Assembly (NCBI GenBank): GCA_905201915.1
Contig: CAJKQE010000005.1
Coordinates: 4,011-68,010, forward strand
DNA length: 64,000 nucleotides
Direction of reading: 5' to 3'
DNA from: an uncultured Lachnospiraceae bacterium
Lineage (GTDB): Bacteria > Bacillota > Clostridia > Lachnospirales > Lachnospiraceae
Positions 40,401 to 49,300 of the stretch are shown here, piece by piece. The notes below the pieces were generated by a model, which did no database searches, was not told the DNA's origin, and saw only the letters and a program-made list of their open reading frames with translations. The position numbers and the translations under genes were made by a program. Every line of letters begins with the position of its first letter. Position 1 is the stretch's first letter.

Positions 40401-41145
40401 CAAGGAAGTCTATGATGAAAAATGGCGCGAACTTTTCCAAGACAGTTTTTCTTATGAATATCCTTATCAGGCAGAAAGCACTATTCCGGCAAAACTTACA
40501 GTATCTGAGGTAAAACGAATGCAAAAGGAAGATATGGAAGAAAGTGAGATACTTCTGGAAGAGAAGGAAACAGAGGAAATCGTGCCTTTGTTTATGCAGG
40601 AAACAAAAGCAGAATTAAAAGGTGCTGCAAGGGGAACTTTATACCACAGAGTATGGGAAAAGTTGGACTATGGGAAAATAGATACAAAAGAGCAGATAGA
40701 GAAACAGTTGGAACATATACTGACAGCAGAAGAAAAGAAATCTATATGGATACCTGATTTTTATTGCTTTGCAAAAAGTTCTCTTGCAGGCAGAATGAAA
40801 GAAGCATATCAGAGAGGGCAGTTATATAGAGAACAGCCTTTTGTGATTGCCATGCCTGCAAACCAGATTAGAGAAGAGTATAAAACGGAAGAAGAAATTC
40901 TTGTACAGGGAATTATAGATGCCTATTTTGAGGAAGAAGACGGGCTGGTTTTGGTAGACTATAAGACAGATAAAGTTCAAAAAGGACAGGAAAAAGAGCT
41001 GGTAGAAAAATATATTGTGCAGATGCAGTATTATAAAAAGGCTCTGGAAATGATTACCGATAAAGAGGTAAAAGAAATCTATATTTATTCATCGGGACTT
41101 GGGAAAGCGGTGTCAGTATATTCGCCTGAGTTTATGCTGTTCTAA
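37471..41145 (+). CDS. addA: ATP-dependent helicase/nuclease subunit A
   Basis: AAAGSGKT, IDEYQD, VGDVKQSIYRFR, LYVALTRA, GIID..VDYKTD. Confidence 0.96.
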   Translation: MGVSWTEEQQKVIDTRNCNILVSAAAGSGKTAVLVERIIQRITDKNNPVDIDELLIVTFTRAAAGEMKERIRQAVEKKLEANPEDEHLQRQSTLVHHALITTIDSFCSYIVKNYFHLIDLDPSFRMGDEGEMRLLQADVADAVLEEAYTEEAPSFLAFSDGFAGGKTDKKIPEMIIKLYSFSMSYPYPEEWLLNCRKAYEVESIEELENAEWMKLIKNEVKQEIKEASMLLKQSLEVSKEPDGPAFYIGLLEDEVSALEKSEQTECFFEWKEMLDKLEFKRLPAGKKAEKELVSESRQELAKNLRNEAKEQIKALKERYFQETAEEMLENLQRAGEPVGVLVDLTLAFMKLYREKKKEKNILDFGDLEHYALEILIHHTKEKDERTDAARELSKKFEEIMIDEYQDSNLVQEKLLTSVSRIEDGIYNIFMVGDVKQSIYRFRLARPDLFMEKFKTYPQEAGGDCLRIDLHRNFRSRAEVLEGVNYLFYQIMGEDLGGVEYDRTAALYPGKIFPSKPEEEKEPATEVLLLEDDEEEITRESEARAVALRIGELVGNYLVLDKKTEEYRPAKYSDFTILLRTMSGWAETFKKILNSCGIPASVTTKTGYFSAQEVMTVLDYLKILDNPMQDIPLAAALHGLPDGFTFQELAEIKVLGMENEKSSFYEALLLGENLSSPLGEKIRKFFAVYRKLRGKVPYTPMHELIWDFYDATNFLVYQQAFVSGEQRKANLLMLAEKARDYESTSYRGLFNFIRYIENLKKYQVDFGEANILSENEDTVRIMSIHGSKGLEFPIVFVAGMGKQMNMQDTRENMVLHPELGIGSPYIDTQLRIRTRTILQKAVQREILLESLGEELRILYVALTRAKEKLILTGVISKLEDTLKSFEMLKKHGEERMPYGLRVKGKSYLDWVLKALARHRSMTPFYKRYHLSVYPFNDMYDREPDFTVRQISSLELVLDEAQLRTEEMLKKGELLLWDSKEVYDEKWRELFQDSFSYEYPYQAESTIPAKLTVSEVKRMQKEDMEESEILLEEKETEEIVPLFMQETKAELKGAARGTLYHRVWEKLDYGKIDTKEQIEKQLEHILTAEEKKSIWIPDFYCFAKSSLAGRMKEAYQRGQLYREQPFVIAMPANQIREEYKTEEEILVQGIIDAYFEEEDGLVLVDYKTDKVQKGQEKELVEKYIVQMQYYKKALEMITDKEVKEIYIYSSGLGKAVSVYSPEFMLF

Positions 41146-41205
41146 TGGAATAAAAATACTGACAGGCTTTTCAAGTATATATTGTTTTAGAAAAAATATG
41201 CATGG

Positions 41206-42048
41206 TTATTTGTGCTCATTTCGCCATTCTCTGGGTGAAACTCCATAAATATTTTTAAACGCACGGGAGAAGTGAAGGGGATTACCATATCCCACAGCAG
41301 TTCCGATATCTGCAATGGAAAGTGTGGTCAATTTCAGTAGTTCAGTGGCTTTTACCATTCGATAATTCATTAAAAATTCTTGTGGGGAACGTCCAATAGA
41401 ATTTCGAAAAATCTTACCTAGATAGCTGCGGTTAATGCCACAAACTGCAGCTATTTCTTCTATGGAAATATCATTCTGAAAGTTTTGCTCCATATAGTGA
41501 ATAGCTTCTTGTATATAATAATCACTCATTTTACTGCTCTGCGTCAGTCGCGTGGATTTTGCAGACTGAATAAAATAATCAAAAAACAGGTAGAGATGTC
41601 CTAAAAGATGAAAGGAAGACTCTTTCGGATGGGAAATAATATAATTCATTTCTTTTACCATCTGTTCCTGTAAATCTTTGGAATGTGGGTGATATATTGG
41701 GTGATTGAGAGAAAAATCAGTAAGTGAAAGGGCTTCTTTTACTCTCAAACCATCAAATTCAATCCATGAATATTCCCAGGGAGAATGTTGGTCTGCATAA
41801 TAGGTTGTAATCTGTTCAGGGAAAATAAGAAATCCCTGTCCACTTCTTACAGAATAAGTCTGTGTTATTCCTTTTGCATCATCAGCCATAAGAGTTCCTG
41901 TTCCGGAAAGAACATAATGAAATAAATAGTGATTTCTGGTAACCGGACCAAAGGAATGACAGGGAGTACAGGCTTCTCGTCCGCATTGGAACATACCTAA
42001 GTCTATGAAATTTTCATTTGGAAAAATATTAAAGAAAACGTTTCCCAT
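41206..42048 (-). CDS. AraC family transcriptional regulator (MsmR-like)
   Basis: Cupin N-domain plus C-terminal double HTH (VGYGNPLHFSRAFK); divergent from alpha-galactosidase. Confidence 0.92.
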   Translation of the reverse strand: MGNVFFNIFPNENFIDLGMFQCGREACTPCHSFGPVTRNHYLFHYVLSGTGTLMADDAKGITQTYSVRSGQGFLIFPEQITTYYADQHSPWEYSWIEFDGLRVKEALSLTDFSLNHPIYHPHSKDLQEQMVKEMNYIISHPKESSFHLLGHLYLFFDYFIQSAKSTRLTQSSKMSDYYIQEAIHYMEQNFQNDISIEEIAAVCGINRSYLGKIFRNSIGRSPQEFLMNYRMVKATELLKLTTLSIADIGTAVGYGNPLHFSRAFKNIYGVSPREWRNEHK

Positions 42049-42219
42049 ATATAGCTCCTTTTAATATATCAAAATGCGTTATAATATATTATTATATCAT
42101 AAAATCAAGCATTATGGTATAAAAGAGCAAATTTGAGATATTTATAAGTTGCAAATTGGTATGTTATAATATTTTCATAAAATCGGTGCATGGAAAAATC
42201 ATTAGGAGGAAATGAAAAT

Positions 42220-44397
42220 ATGGCAATTAAAGTAGAAAATAATGTTTTTTCTTTGGAAACAGACAATACGCTTTATCAAATGAAGGTGGATGAATTTGGT
42301 GTATTAAATCATTTATGGTACGGAGCAAAAACAGATTGTTGTATGGATTATTTACTGGATTATCCGGATGTAGGATTTTCAGGGAATATTTACGAAGCAG
42401 GAGACAATCGTAAATATTCTTTAAATACAAGACCTTTGGAATACGGAGCCGAGGGTGTTGGGGATTTCCGTGTGCCTGCTGTTTCAGTAACTCATGCAGA
42501 TGGAAGTACAGCTCTTGATTTACGTTTTCAAAGTTATAAAATAAAAAAAGGAAAATACAAAATACCGGGCTTACCTGCAGTTTATGCAAAAGAAAACCAG
42601 GCAGAGACCTTGGAAATTACTTTAAAAGATACAGTTACAGAGACGCAGGTTATTTTACTATATGGAGTGATTTCTGATGCAGATGTAATTACCAGAAGTG
42701 TAATTGTGAAAAATCAGGGAAAAACACCTATCGTGTTGAATAAAGTGCATAGTTTTGCTATGGATATTCCTTATGGAGATTGGGAATGGGTTCATTTCCA
42801 TGGCAGACACAATATGGAGCGTCAGGCAGAGCGAGTTCCACTTATTCACGGTATTCAGGAGAGTAGCAGTACCAGAGGAAATTCCAGTCATCAGCAGAAC
42901 CCTACAGCCCTTTTATGTGAAAGGGGATGTACAGAGACAACAGGGTTTTGTATGGGAATGGCTTTGATGTACAGCGGAAGTTTCCAGACACAGATACAGT
43001 TGGATGAACTGGATCAGGTTCGTGCGGTGATGGGAATAAATGAGGATAATTTTGCATGGACATTAAAAGAGGGAGAGAGCTTTTATGCGCCGGAGGTTAT
43101 TTTGTCCTGTTCTGATGAGGGTATGGGAGAACTTTCCCAGCGCTTCCACCATATTATTCGTAACCATGTATGTAGAGGACAATATAAGCTGTCCAGCCGT
43201 CCTGTTTTAATTAATAACTGGGAAGCTACCTACTTTGATTTTAATGAAGAAAAAATAGAGAAAATTGCAAGACAGGCAGCAGAACTGGGCATTGATATGA
43301 TGGTTTTGGATGACGGATGGTTTGGAAAACGAAACAGTGATACTTCTGGTCTGGGTGACTGGTTTGTCAACGAAGAAAAGCTTAGAGGCGGGTTAAATAC
43401 ATTAGTAAAGAAAATTAATGATATGGGTATGAAATTCGGTTTGTGGTTTGAGCCGGAAATGGTTTCAGAAGACAGTGAATTATATCGAACACATCCTGAC
43501 TGGGCAATTCGTATTCCGGGAAGAAATCCTTCACGCAGCAGATATCAGCTTGTTTTGGATATGGCAAATCCGGAAGTGACAGAGTATTTGTATGAGGTAA
43601 TCAGCAAAATTTTACGGGAAAATCATATTGAATATGTGAAATGGGATATGAATAGAAGTGTTTGCGACTGGTACAGTAAGACTTTGTCAAAAGAAGGACA
43701 GAAGGAAATGCCTCACAGATATATTTTGGGATTGTATCAATTATTGGAACGTCTTACCGGAGAATTTCCTCATATTCTATTTGAGGGATGCAGCGGTGGA
43801 GGTGGCAGATTTGATGCGGGTATGTTATATTACTGTCCGCAGATTTGGTGCAGTGATGATACGGATGCTCATGAGAGAACTTTTATTCAGTACGGAACCA
43901 GTTTTTTCTATCCTGTCTCAGCAGTAGGTTCTCATGTTTCAGCAGTACCTAATCATCAGACAGGAAGAAGCACTTCCATTGAGACAAGAGGTACGGTGGC
44001 CATGGCGGGCAGCTTTGGATATGAACTGGACTTAAATACTTTAAGTGAGGAAGAAAAACGAGAGGTTGCCAAGCAGATAAGGACTTATAAGGAGTATCAG
44101 CCTCTTATTCACAATGGTTTGTATTATCGTTTAAGTAATCCACATAAAGAAAATATGGCTGTATGGGAATTTGTATCCCAAGATAGGAAGGAAGTATTGG
44201 TACAGGGCGTGGTATTTCGTGCAAAACCAAATACTTTACGCATCAGAATACGACTTGCAGGGTTGGAAGAGGGAATGTATGAAGTTCTCGGTACAGGGGA
44301 AACGTATACAGGAAAGGCGCTTATGACAGGCGGGATTTTGCTGCCTAAAGTAATCGGAGATGATGTGTCTTTTGAAATTCATTTAAAGAAAAAATAA
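42220..44397 (+). CDS. GH36 alpha-galactosidase
   Basis: NNWEATYF, VLDDGWFG, FGLWFEPEMV, YVKWDMNR, CSGGGGRFD, WCSDDTD. Confidence 0.95.
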   Translation: MAIKVENNVFSLETDNTLYQMKVDEFGVLNHLWYGAKTDCCMDYLLDYPDVGFSGNIYEAGDNRKYSLNTRPLEYGAEGVGDFRVPAVSVTHADGSTALDLRFQSYKIKKGKYKIPGLPAVYAKENQAETLEITLKDTVTETQVILLYGVISDADVITRSVIVKNQGKTPIVLNKVHSFAMDIPYGDWEWVHFHGRHNMERQAERVPLIHGIQESSSTRGNSSHQQNPTALLCERGCTETTGFCMGMALMYSGSFQTQIQLDELDQVRAVMGINEDNFAWTLKEGESFYAPEVILSCSDEGMGELSQRFHHIIRNHVCRGQYKLSSRPVLINNWEATYFDFNEEKIEKIARQAAELGIDMMVLDDGWFGKRNSDTSGLGDWFVNEEKLRGGLNTLVKKINDMGMKFGLWFEPEMVSEDSELYRTHPDWAIRIPGRNPSRSRYQLVLDMANPEVTEYLYEVISKILRENHIEYVKWDMNRSVCDWYSKTLSKEGQKEMPHRYILGLYQLLERLTGEFPHILFEGCSGGGGRFDAGMLYYCPQIWCSDDTDAHERTFIQYGTSFFYPVSAVGSHVSAVPNHQTGRSTSIETRGTVAMAGSFGYELDLNTLSEEEKREVAKQIRTYKEYQPLIHNGLYYRLSNPHKENMAVWEFVSQDRKEVLVQGVVFRAKPNTLRIRIRLAGLEEGMYEVLGTGETYTGKALMTGGILLPKVIGDDVSFEIHLKKK

Positions 44398-44432
44398 AGT
44401 TTGCTATAAATTAAATAAGTGCGTGTATAAAG

Positions 44433-44469
44433 AGGGATTGTGCTTAACAGTGCAGTCCCTCAGTTTTTT
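44433..44469 (+). terminator. Intrinsic terminator
   Basis: GAGGGATTGTGC ... GTGCAGTCCCTC followed by AGTTTTTT. Confidence 0.65.
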
Positions 44470-44508
44470 CCTTTAAAAATTCTTTCGAATTTCTTTTATA
44501 AAATATCA

Positions 44509-44580
44509 TTGACAAAATAATATTATATGACATATAGTATTGAATATAAAATAGTATTGCGTATAAAACAATATTATAGC
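44509..44580 (+). promoter_or_regulatory. padR promoter with four 17-bp-periodic AT-rich boxes (probable autoregulatory operators)
   Basis: TTGACA-N18-TATAGT; ATAATATTA 44517, ATAGTATTG 44534, ATAGTATTG 44551, ACAATATTA 44568. Confidence 0.55.
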
Positions 44581-44600
44581 AATAGAAATGAGGTGAAGTT

Positions 44601-44924
44601 ATGGTTTTTAATACAGGCGCTGCCCTCTTAGATGCTATTGTACTGGCGGTTGTGTCCAATGAGAGCGAAGGAACTTACGGATATAAAATCACACAGGATG
44701 TACGTCAAGTTCTGGAGGTTTCTGAGTCTACCCTTTATCCCGTGCTTCGCAGACTTCAAAAGGATGAATGTTTGGAAACTTATGATAAAGAATATGGTGG
44801 CAGAAACAGGCGATATTATAAAGTAACAGAAAAAGGAAAGGTACAGTTGGATTTGTATCGTGCAGAATGGAGAAGCTACTCAACCAAGATAAGTACGTTG
44901 TTTGAGGGAGGAATAGGAAAATGA
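44601..44924 (+). CDS. PadR family transcriptional regulator
   Basis: YGYKI, SESTLYPVLRRL, RNRRYYKVTEKG. Confidence 0.93.
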   Translation: MVFNTGAALLDAIVLAVVSNESEGTYGYKITQDVRQVLEVSESTLYPVLRRLQKDECLETYDKEYGGRNRRYYKVTEKGKVQLDLYRAEWRSYSTKISTLFEGGIGK

Positions 44925-45607
44925 TGAGAAGAAAGGAATTTTTAGAGCAGTTGGAACGACTGTTGTGGGACATACCGGAACAGGAGAGAAAAGAGGCATT
45001 GGAGTTTTATGAAAACTATTTTGACGATGCCGGAGAGGAAAATGAAGCAACTGTTATTCAGGAGCTGGGAAGTCCGGGAAAAGTTGCGGCAACCATTAAA
45101 GCCGACTTAAATGAAAATAGCAGCGAGTATGGGGAATATCGGGAGACAGGATATACCGATGAACGCTTTGAAGAAAAAAATATGCCGGATGTACAGAGCG
45201 AAAGAATGACACAGAAACCCAAAAGAAGCAGCTTGTCATGGGCATTGATTTTACTGTTGGCAATTATAACAGTACCGTTTTGGGGTGCACTGGCAGTTGC
45301 AGCATTAGGTATTCTGGTAGCAATTGTAGGGGCAGCTATTGGTGTGGCAGCAGCATTATTCTTTGGTTGTATCGGTCTTTTAATGGGCGGCATTATTTCT
45401 TTAGGCGTAGCAATCACTCAGTTTCCTTCCATCCCTACAGTATGTTTGGTTGCGGGAGTCGGACTTTTGATGATTTGTATTGGCTTATTACTTTTGCTGG
45501 GATTTTTATGGCTGGCAGTTAAGGTTTTCCCGATTTGTTTCCGCTGGGTAATCGATTTTATACAGAGAGTTTTACACAGAGGAATTTCAGGAGGTGAAAG
45601 AGAATGA
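44921..45607 (+). CDS. DUF1700 (HAAS domain) membrane protein
   Basis: EFLEQLERLL..ERKEALEFYENYFDDAG..ELGSPGKVA plus hydrophobic C-terminus. Confidence 0.85.
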   Translation: MMRRKEFLEQLERLLWDIPEQERKEALEFYENYFDDAGEENEATVIQELGSPGKVAATIKADLNENSSEYGEYRETGYTDERFEEKNMPDVQSERMTQKPKRSSLSWALILLLAIITVPFWGALAVAALGILVAIVGAAIGVAAALFFGCIGLLMGGIISLGVAITQFPSIPTVCLVAGVGLLMICIGLLLLLGFLWLAVKVFPICFRWVIDFIQRVLHRGISGGERE

Positions 45608-46431
45608 AAAAATTTACGAAAATTGCATTGATTGTTATTCTCATTACAGGGGTTGTAGGCGGATGCCTTGCCGGTGCAGGATTGGTATTTGGTGGTTCTG
45701 TTCAGGCAATTACCGGTAATTTTACAAACAGCCGCTTGTATCATGTTCTTAGAAAAGCATGCCGGAATCATGAAGGATCATGGTGGGACAGAGATGATGA
45801 TTTTAATGATTATCACCACAATCTCGGTGACTTAGATGATTTGGAATATGGAAATATTGAACAGCGTGCATTTCTTCCTTCTGAAATAGACAGTATAGAT
45901 ATAGAAATGTATTCAGGGATGGTGGAAATTCGCACTATTCAGGAAGAAGAAATCAGAATTTCCGGGCTGACAGATCAGGACTTTTTAGAACTGGATACAG
46001 AAGACCGAGAACTTACATTAGAAAGAGAATATAATGATTATGGGGCAATGAAAGACGTTATCATTGAAGTTCCTGAAAGTAAAGTGTTTTCAGCCCTTGA
46101 TGTTCATTTAGAATCAGGGCAATTTTTAAGTACCGGAAAGCTTTCCGTAAGAGAATGTGATTTATCTTTGATGTCAGGGGATATGGAGATTGAGCTTTTA
46201 GACGCACAGGAAACAGACATTGAAATGGCATCCGGAGATTTGTCTGTTACACAGACAGGACGTTTAGATGATTATGCAGTGTGGGCAAAATGCTCCAGTG
46301 GACATCTTGTATTAAACGGAGAGGAACATGCGGGAACTACAAATGCCAGGTATGGTACTGCAGGAAGTTTGAAAAAGATAGATATTGAAAGTAGCTCAGG
46401 AAGTGTAGCTGTTAATTTTGAAAATCAATAA
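45604..46431 (+). CDS. DUF4097 (adhesin-like beta-repeat) protein
   Basis: N-terminal TM and repeated xSGDxxI beta motifs; usual partner of PadR/DUF1700. Confidence 0.75.
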   Translation: MKKFTKIALIVILITGVVGGCLAGAGLVFGGSVQAITGNFTNSRLYHVLRKACRNHEGSWWDRDDDFNDYHHNLGDLDDLEYGNIEQRAFLPSEIDSIDIEMYSGMVEIRTIQEEEIRISGLTDQDFLELDTEDRELTLEREYNDYGAMKDVIIEVPESKVFSALDVHLESGQFLSTGKLSVRECDLSLMSGDMEIELLDAQETDIEMASGDLSVTQTGRLDDYAVWAKCSSGHLVLNGEEHAGTTNARYGTAGSLKKIDIESSSGSVAVNFENQ

Positions 46432-46445
46432 AAGGAGAGATTATT

Positions 46446-46631
46446 ATGTCAGATAAAAGATTGTATCGTTCATCAACCAATTATATGTTAGCAGGTGTTT
46501 GCGGAGGTATTGCAGAATATTTTAATATTGACCCTACCTTAATCCGTCTTGCATGGATTATTCTTACCTGCATGGGATTTGGAACAGGAATTATCGCTTA
46601 TATCATTGCAGCAATCGTAATTCCAAAATAA
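46446..46631 (+). CDS. PspC domain protein
   Basis: KRLYRS...LAGVCGGIAEYFNIDPTLIRL. Confidence 0.92.
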   Translation: MSDKRLYRSSTNYMLAGVCGGIAEYFNIDPTLIRLAWIILTCMGFGTGIIAYIIAAIVIPK

Positions 46632-46645
46632 AAGCAGGTTTCTTT

Positions 46646-46673
46646 GTATAAAACTGTAAATTAAGGCCATACT
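46646..46673 (+). promoter_or_regulatory. Forespore (sigma-F/G-type) promoter of SASP gene
   Basis: GTATA-N17-CATACT (GGCCATACT). Confidence 0.6.
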
Positions 46674-46701
46674 CCAAAGAAGAAAGGAGTGTGGCTTTTT
46701 T

Positions 46702-46905
46702 ATGGCAAAGAAAAAAGAAGAAAAAATTGATTTGAATAATATTCCGGAAGAAGAGAAAGTAAAATATGAAATTGCAGAGGAATTAGGACTTTTAGATAAG
46801 GTTTTAGACAGTGGATGGAAAAGTCTGTCAGCAAAAGAAACCGGACGTATAGGCGGACTTATGACAAAGCGAAAACGGGAAAATGAGAGAAGGAAAAATG
46901 CTTGA
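46702..46905 (+). CDS. Alpha/beta-type small acid-soluble spore protein
   Basis: KYEIAEELGL...GWKSLSAKETGRIGGLM. Confidence 0.9.
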   Translation: MAKKKEEKIDLNNIPEEEKVKYEIAEELGLLDKVLDSGWKSLSAKETGRIGGLMTKRKRENERRKNA

Positions 46906-46952
46906 CTGTGGGTATAGGGAATGGTATTATTGTGTTGTATAATTCCATAAAC

Positions 46953-47125
46953 CTATTAAGTGCATCTGCGTTGACCGCACAACGCCGGTGAAAAGGGAAT
47001 CAGGTGAGAATCCTGAGCGATCCGGTCACTGTATTTGGGGAGCAATGCTTCAAAAATCCATTGTATATAGATACGAGAAGGAGAGGCAAAGCAATGAACC
47101 ATGAGTCAGGAAACCTGCTTAATAG
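46953..47125 (+). ncRNA. Cobalamin riboswitch
   Basis: P1 CTATTAAG/CTTAATAG; AAAAGGGAATCAGGTGAGAATCCTGA, CGGTCACTGTA, B12 box GAGTCAGGAAACCTGC; promoter TTGACT-N17-TATTAT at 46902-46930. Confidence 0.9.
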
Positions 47126-47186
47126 CAGTAAGGTGAAAACTTCCGTGCAAAGTTTGAATCCCTCATACTGTGAGTTACAGTAGATG

Positions 47187-47218
47187 ATTCCACTTTCATG
47201 ATGAAGGTGGATTTTTTT
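47187..47218 (+). terminator. Riboswitch expression-platform terminator
   Basis: TCCACTTTC-atgat-GAAGGTGGA followed by T7. Confidence 0.75.
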
Positions 47219-47421
47219 ATGGAATGCCGAAAGGTAAGAACCTGAACTTATAGAATTATGCGTGATTAAATGGCAGGTGAGGTGTTCTGCTTCTGATATC
47301 CTGTTTTACAAAGTTTTGTTTTCCCGCAACAGACAAAACGGTGCATCCTCCGCAGGGACAGAATAATTCGTGACTAAAGTCAGGACACTTCATCAGGAAA
47401 CAATATTTCATATTTTTATAG

Positions 47422-47452
47422 GGCTGTGTATCGAGAGATACGCAGTCTTTTT
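47422..47452 (+). terminator. Second intrinsic terminator
   Basis: GGCTGTGTATC-gaga-GATACGCAGTC-TTTTT. Confidence 0.75.
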
Positions 47453-47563
47453 ACGTGATAGAAATTCTGTCATAACATTCTTACTCTTGTACGATAAACC
47501 TTGCTTTTGTATAATGAAGAAAATGATAAAAAGTAGAGAGCAGAACGATTGGGAGGGGAATGG

Positions 47564-48445
47564 ATGGCTGTAATAGAAATTGAAAATCTGACCAAGGATT
47601 ATGGAAATAAAAAAGGAATTTTTGATGTGTCATTTTCTGTGAAAGAAGGTGAAGTTGTGGGATTTTTAGGCTCTAATGGAGCAGGAAAGACTACAACCAT
47701 CAGACATCTTATGGGATTTATAAGCCCACAAAAAGGAAGGGCGCAGATTTTAAACATGGATTGTTTTCGCAATGCTTCTTGTGTTCAGATGAAGGTGGGA
47801 TATCTTCCGGGCGAAATTGCTTTTATGGACAATATGTCAGGAAAAGAGTTTATTGAATTTATGGCGAAAATGAAGAAGATGAAAGACCTGACGTATGCGA
47901 GAGAACTAACGGAATATTTGGAAATCGATACACAGGTTAAGATTAAAAAGATGTCTAAGGGTATGAAGCAAAAAATCGGATTGATTATTGCTTTTATGCA
48001 GAACGTGCCGATTTTAATTTTAGATGAACCGACTACGGGATTAGACCCGATTATGCAGAACAAGTTTGTAGAGCTGATTAAAAGGGAGAAGGATGCTGGA
48101 AAAACAATTTTAATGTCTTCGCATATTTTTGAAGAAGTGGAAAATACCTGTGACCGAGTGGTTATGATAAAAGACGGAAAAATTGTCGCAGATGAAGATA
48201 TACATAAGATAAAAAATAACAGAGTGAAGCATTATGAAATTACTTTTTCTGATATAAAAAGTGCAGAAAACTTTCAAGGCTTATATTCTGACAGTCAAAG
48301 AAGGGAGAATACAGTTTTTCTGTCTTTAAAAAATCAAGTAGATGAATTGATTAAGCAGTTAAGCCGGTACGAGGTGCAGGATATTGCTGTCAGAAACCAG
48401 ACGTTGGAAGAAGTTTTTTTGCGTTATTACAAGGAGGAAAAGTGA
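47564..48445 (+). CDS. ABC transporter ATP-binding protein (exporter type)
   Basis: GSNGAGKTT, MSKGMKQK, ILDEPTTGLDP; own promoter TTGTAC-N17-TATAAT at 47487-47515. Confidence 0.92.
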   Translation: MAVIEIENLTKDYGNKKGIFDVSFSVKEGEVVGFLGSNGAGKTTTIRHLMGFISPQKGRAQILNMDCFRNASCVQMKVGYLPGEIAFMDNMSGKEFIEFMAKMKKMKDLTYARELTEYLEIDTQVKIKKMSKGMKQKIGLIIAFMQNVPILILDEPTTGLDPIMQNKFVELIKREKDAGKTILMSSHIFEEVENTCDRVVMIKDGKIVADEDIHKIKNNRVKHYEITFSDIKSAENFQGLYSDSQRRENTVFLSLKNQVDELIKQLSRYEVQDIAVRNQTLEEVFLRYYKEEK

Positions 48446-49242
48446 TGAGTATACCATTGTTAAAAAGAGAAATAAAATCCAATTATAAAATATTGCTGTT
48501 GTTTATGGGGATTGTTACTCTTTATTCCGGTATCATTACTGCAATGTATGACCCGGAAGTAGGGACCGGAATAAACGCCATGGCAGAGAGCATGCCGGAA
48601 TTTTTTGCTGCATTTGGTATGGAAAATCCGGGAGTTACACTGCTGGATTTTTTGAATAATTATTTATATGGATTTATCTTAGTGATTATTCCGTTTATTT
48701 ACATCATCATTATGTGTTACAAATTAGTTTCTAAGTATATGGAAAAAGGTTCTATGGCATATTTATTAAATACGCATTACAGCCGAAGCAAAATTATTGT
48801 TACACAGCTTGTAGTCCTGCTTTCAGGAGTGATTTTACTGGTTCTGTATGCCGTAGCGCTGATTATAATATGCAGTGAGATTATGTTTGAGGGAAAACTG
48901 GAAATTGAGAAATTTCTGGTGTTGAATTTCGGATTGGCTTCTCTGGAAATATTTTTGGCTTCTATGTGCTTTCTGTTTGCCTGCCTGTTTAATGAAATGA
49001 AGTTTTCTGTTGGTCTGGGAGCGGGAATTGGACTGGGATTTTTCTTAATTCAGATGCTTTCACAGGTAAATGAAGATATTGAATTTTTGAAATATTTTAC
49101 TCCGCTGACGCTGTTTGATGCTGAAAAAATAATGGAATATGATTGGGTTGGATTTGCGTATGTAGGGATATTGTGGCTTTTAGCAGGAATATTCTTCATG
49201 ATAGGAATAATGGGATTTAAAAAACGGGATTTGCCTTTGTAG
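48442..49242 (+). CDS. ABC-2 type permease
   Basis: ~6 TM, EKGSMAYLL, C-terminal FKKRDLPL. Confidence 0.87.
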   Translation: MMSIPLLKREIKSNYKILLLFMGIVTLYSGIITAMYDPEVGTGINAMAESMPEFFAAFGMENPGVTLLDFLNNYLYGFILVIIPFIYIIIMCYKLVSKYMEKGSMAYLLNTHYSRSKIIVTQLVVLLSGVILLVLYAVALIIICSEIMFEGKLEIEKFLVLNFGLASLEIFLASMCFLFACLFNEMKFSVGLGAGIGLGFFLIQMLSQVNEDIEFLKYFTPLTLFDAEKIMEYDWVGFAYVGILWLLAGIFFMIGIMGFKKRDLPL

Positions 49243-49243
49243 A

Positions 49244-49292
49244 AAAATGAGGTTATTGCAGTAAGCGTCGTTTACTTCGATAACCTCATTTT
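49244..49292. terminator. Bidirectional terminator hairpin
   Basis: AAAATGAGGTTATTG ... CGATAACCTCATTTT between convergent genes. Confidence 0.7.
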
Positions 49293-49300
49293 GGGAAAAG

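Noticed and set aside
47270..47377. Possible UGA read-through (selenopeptide) ORF after the B12 riboswitch
   Set aside because: No RBS, no convincing SECIS-like element and no recognisable protein
47360..47400. Minus-strand CTGATGA resembling a hammerhead ribozyme core
   Set aside because: Followed by GAAT rather than GAAA, and stems I and III could not be built
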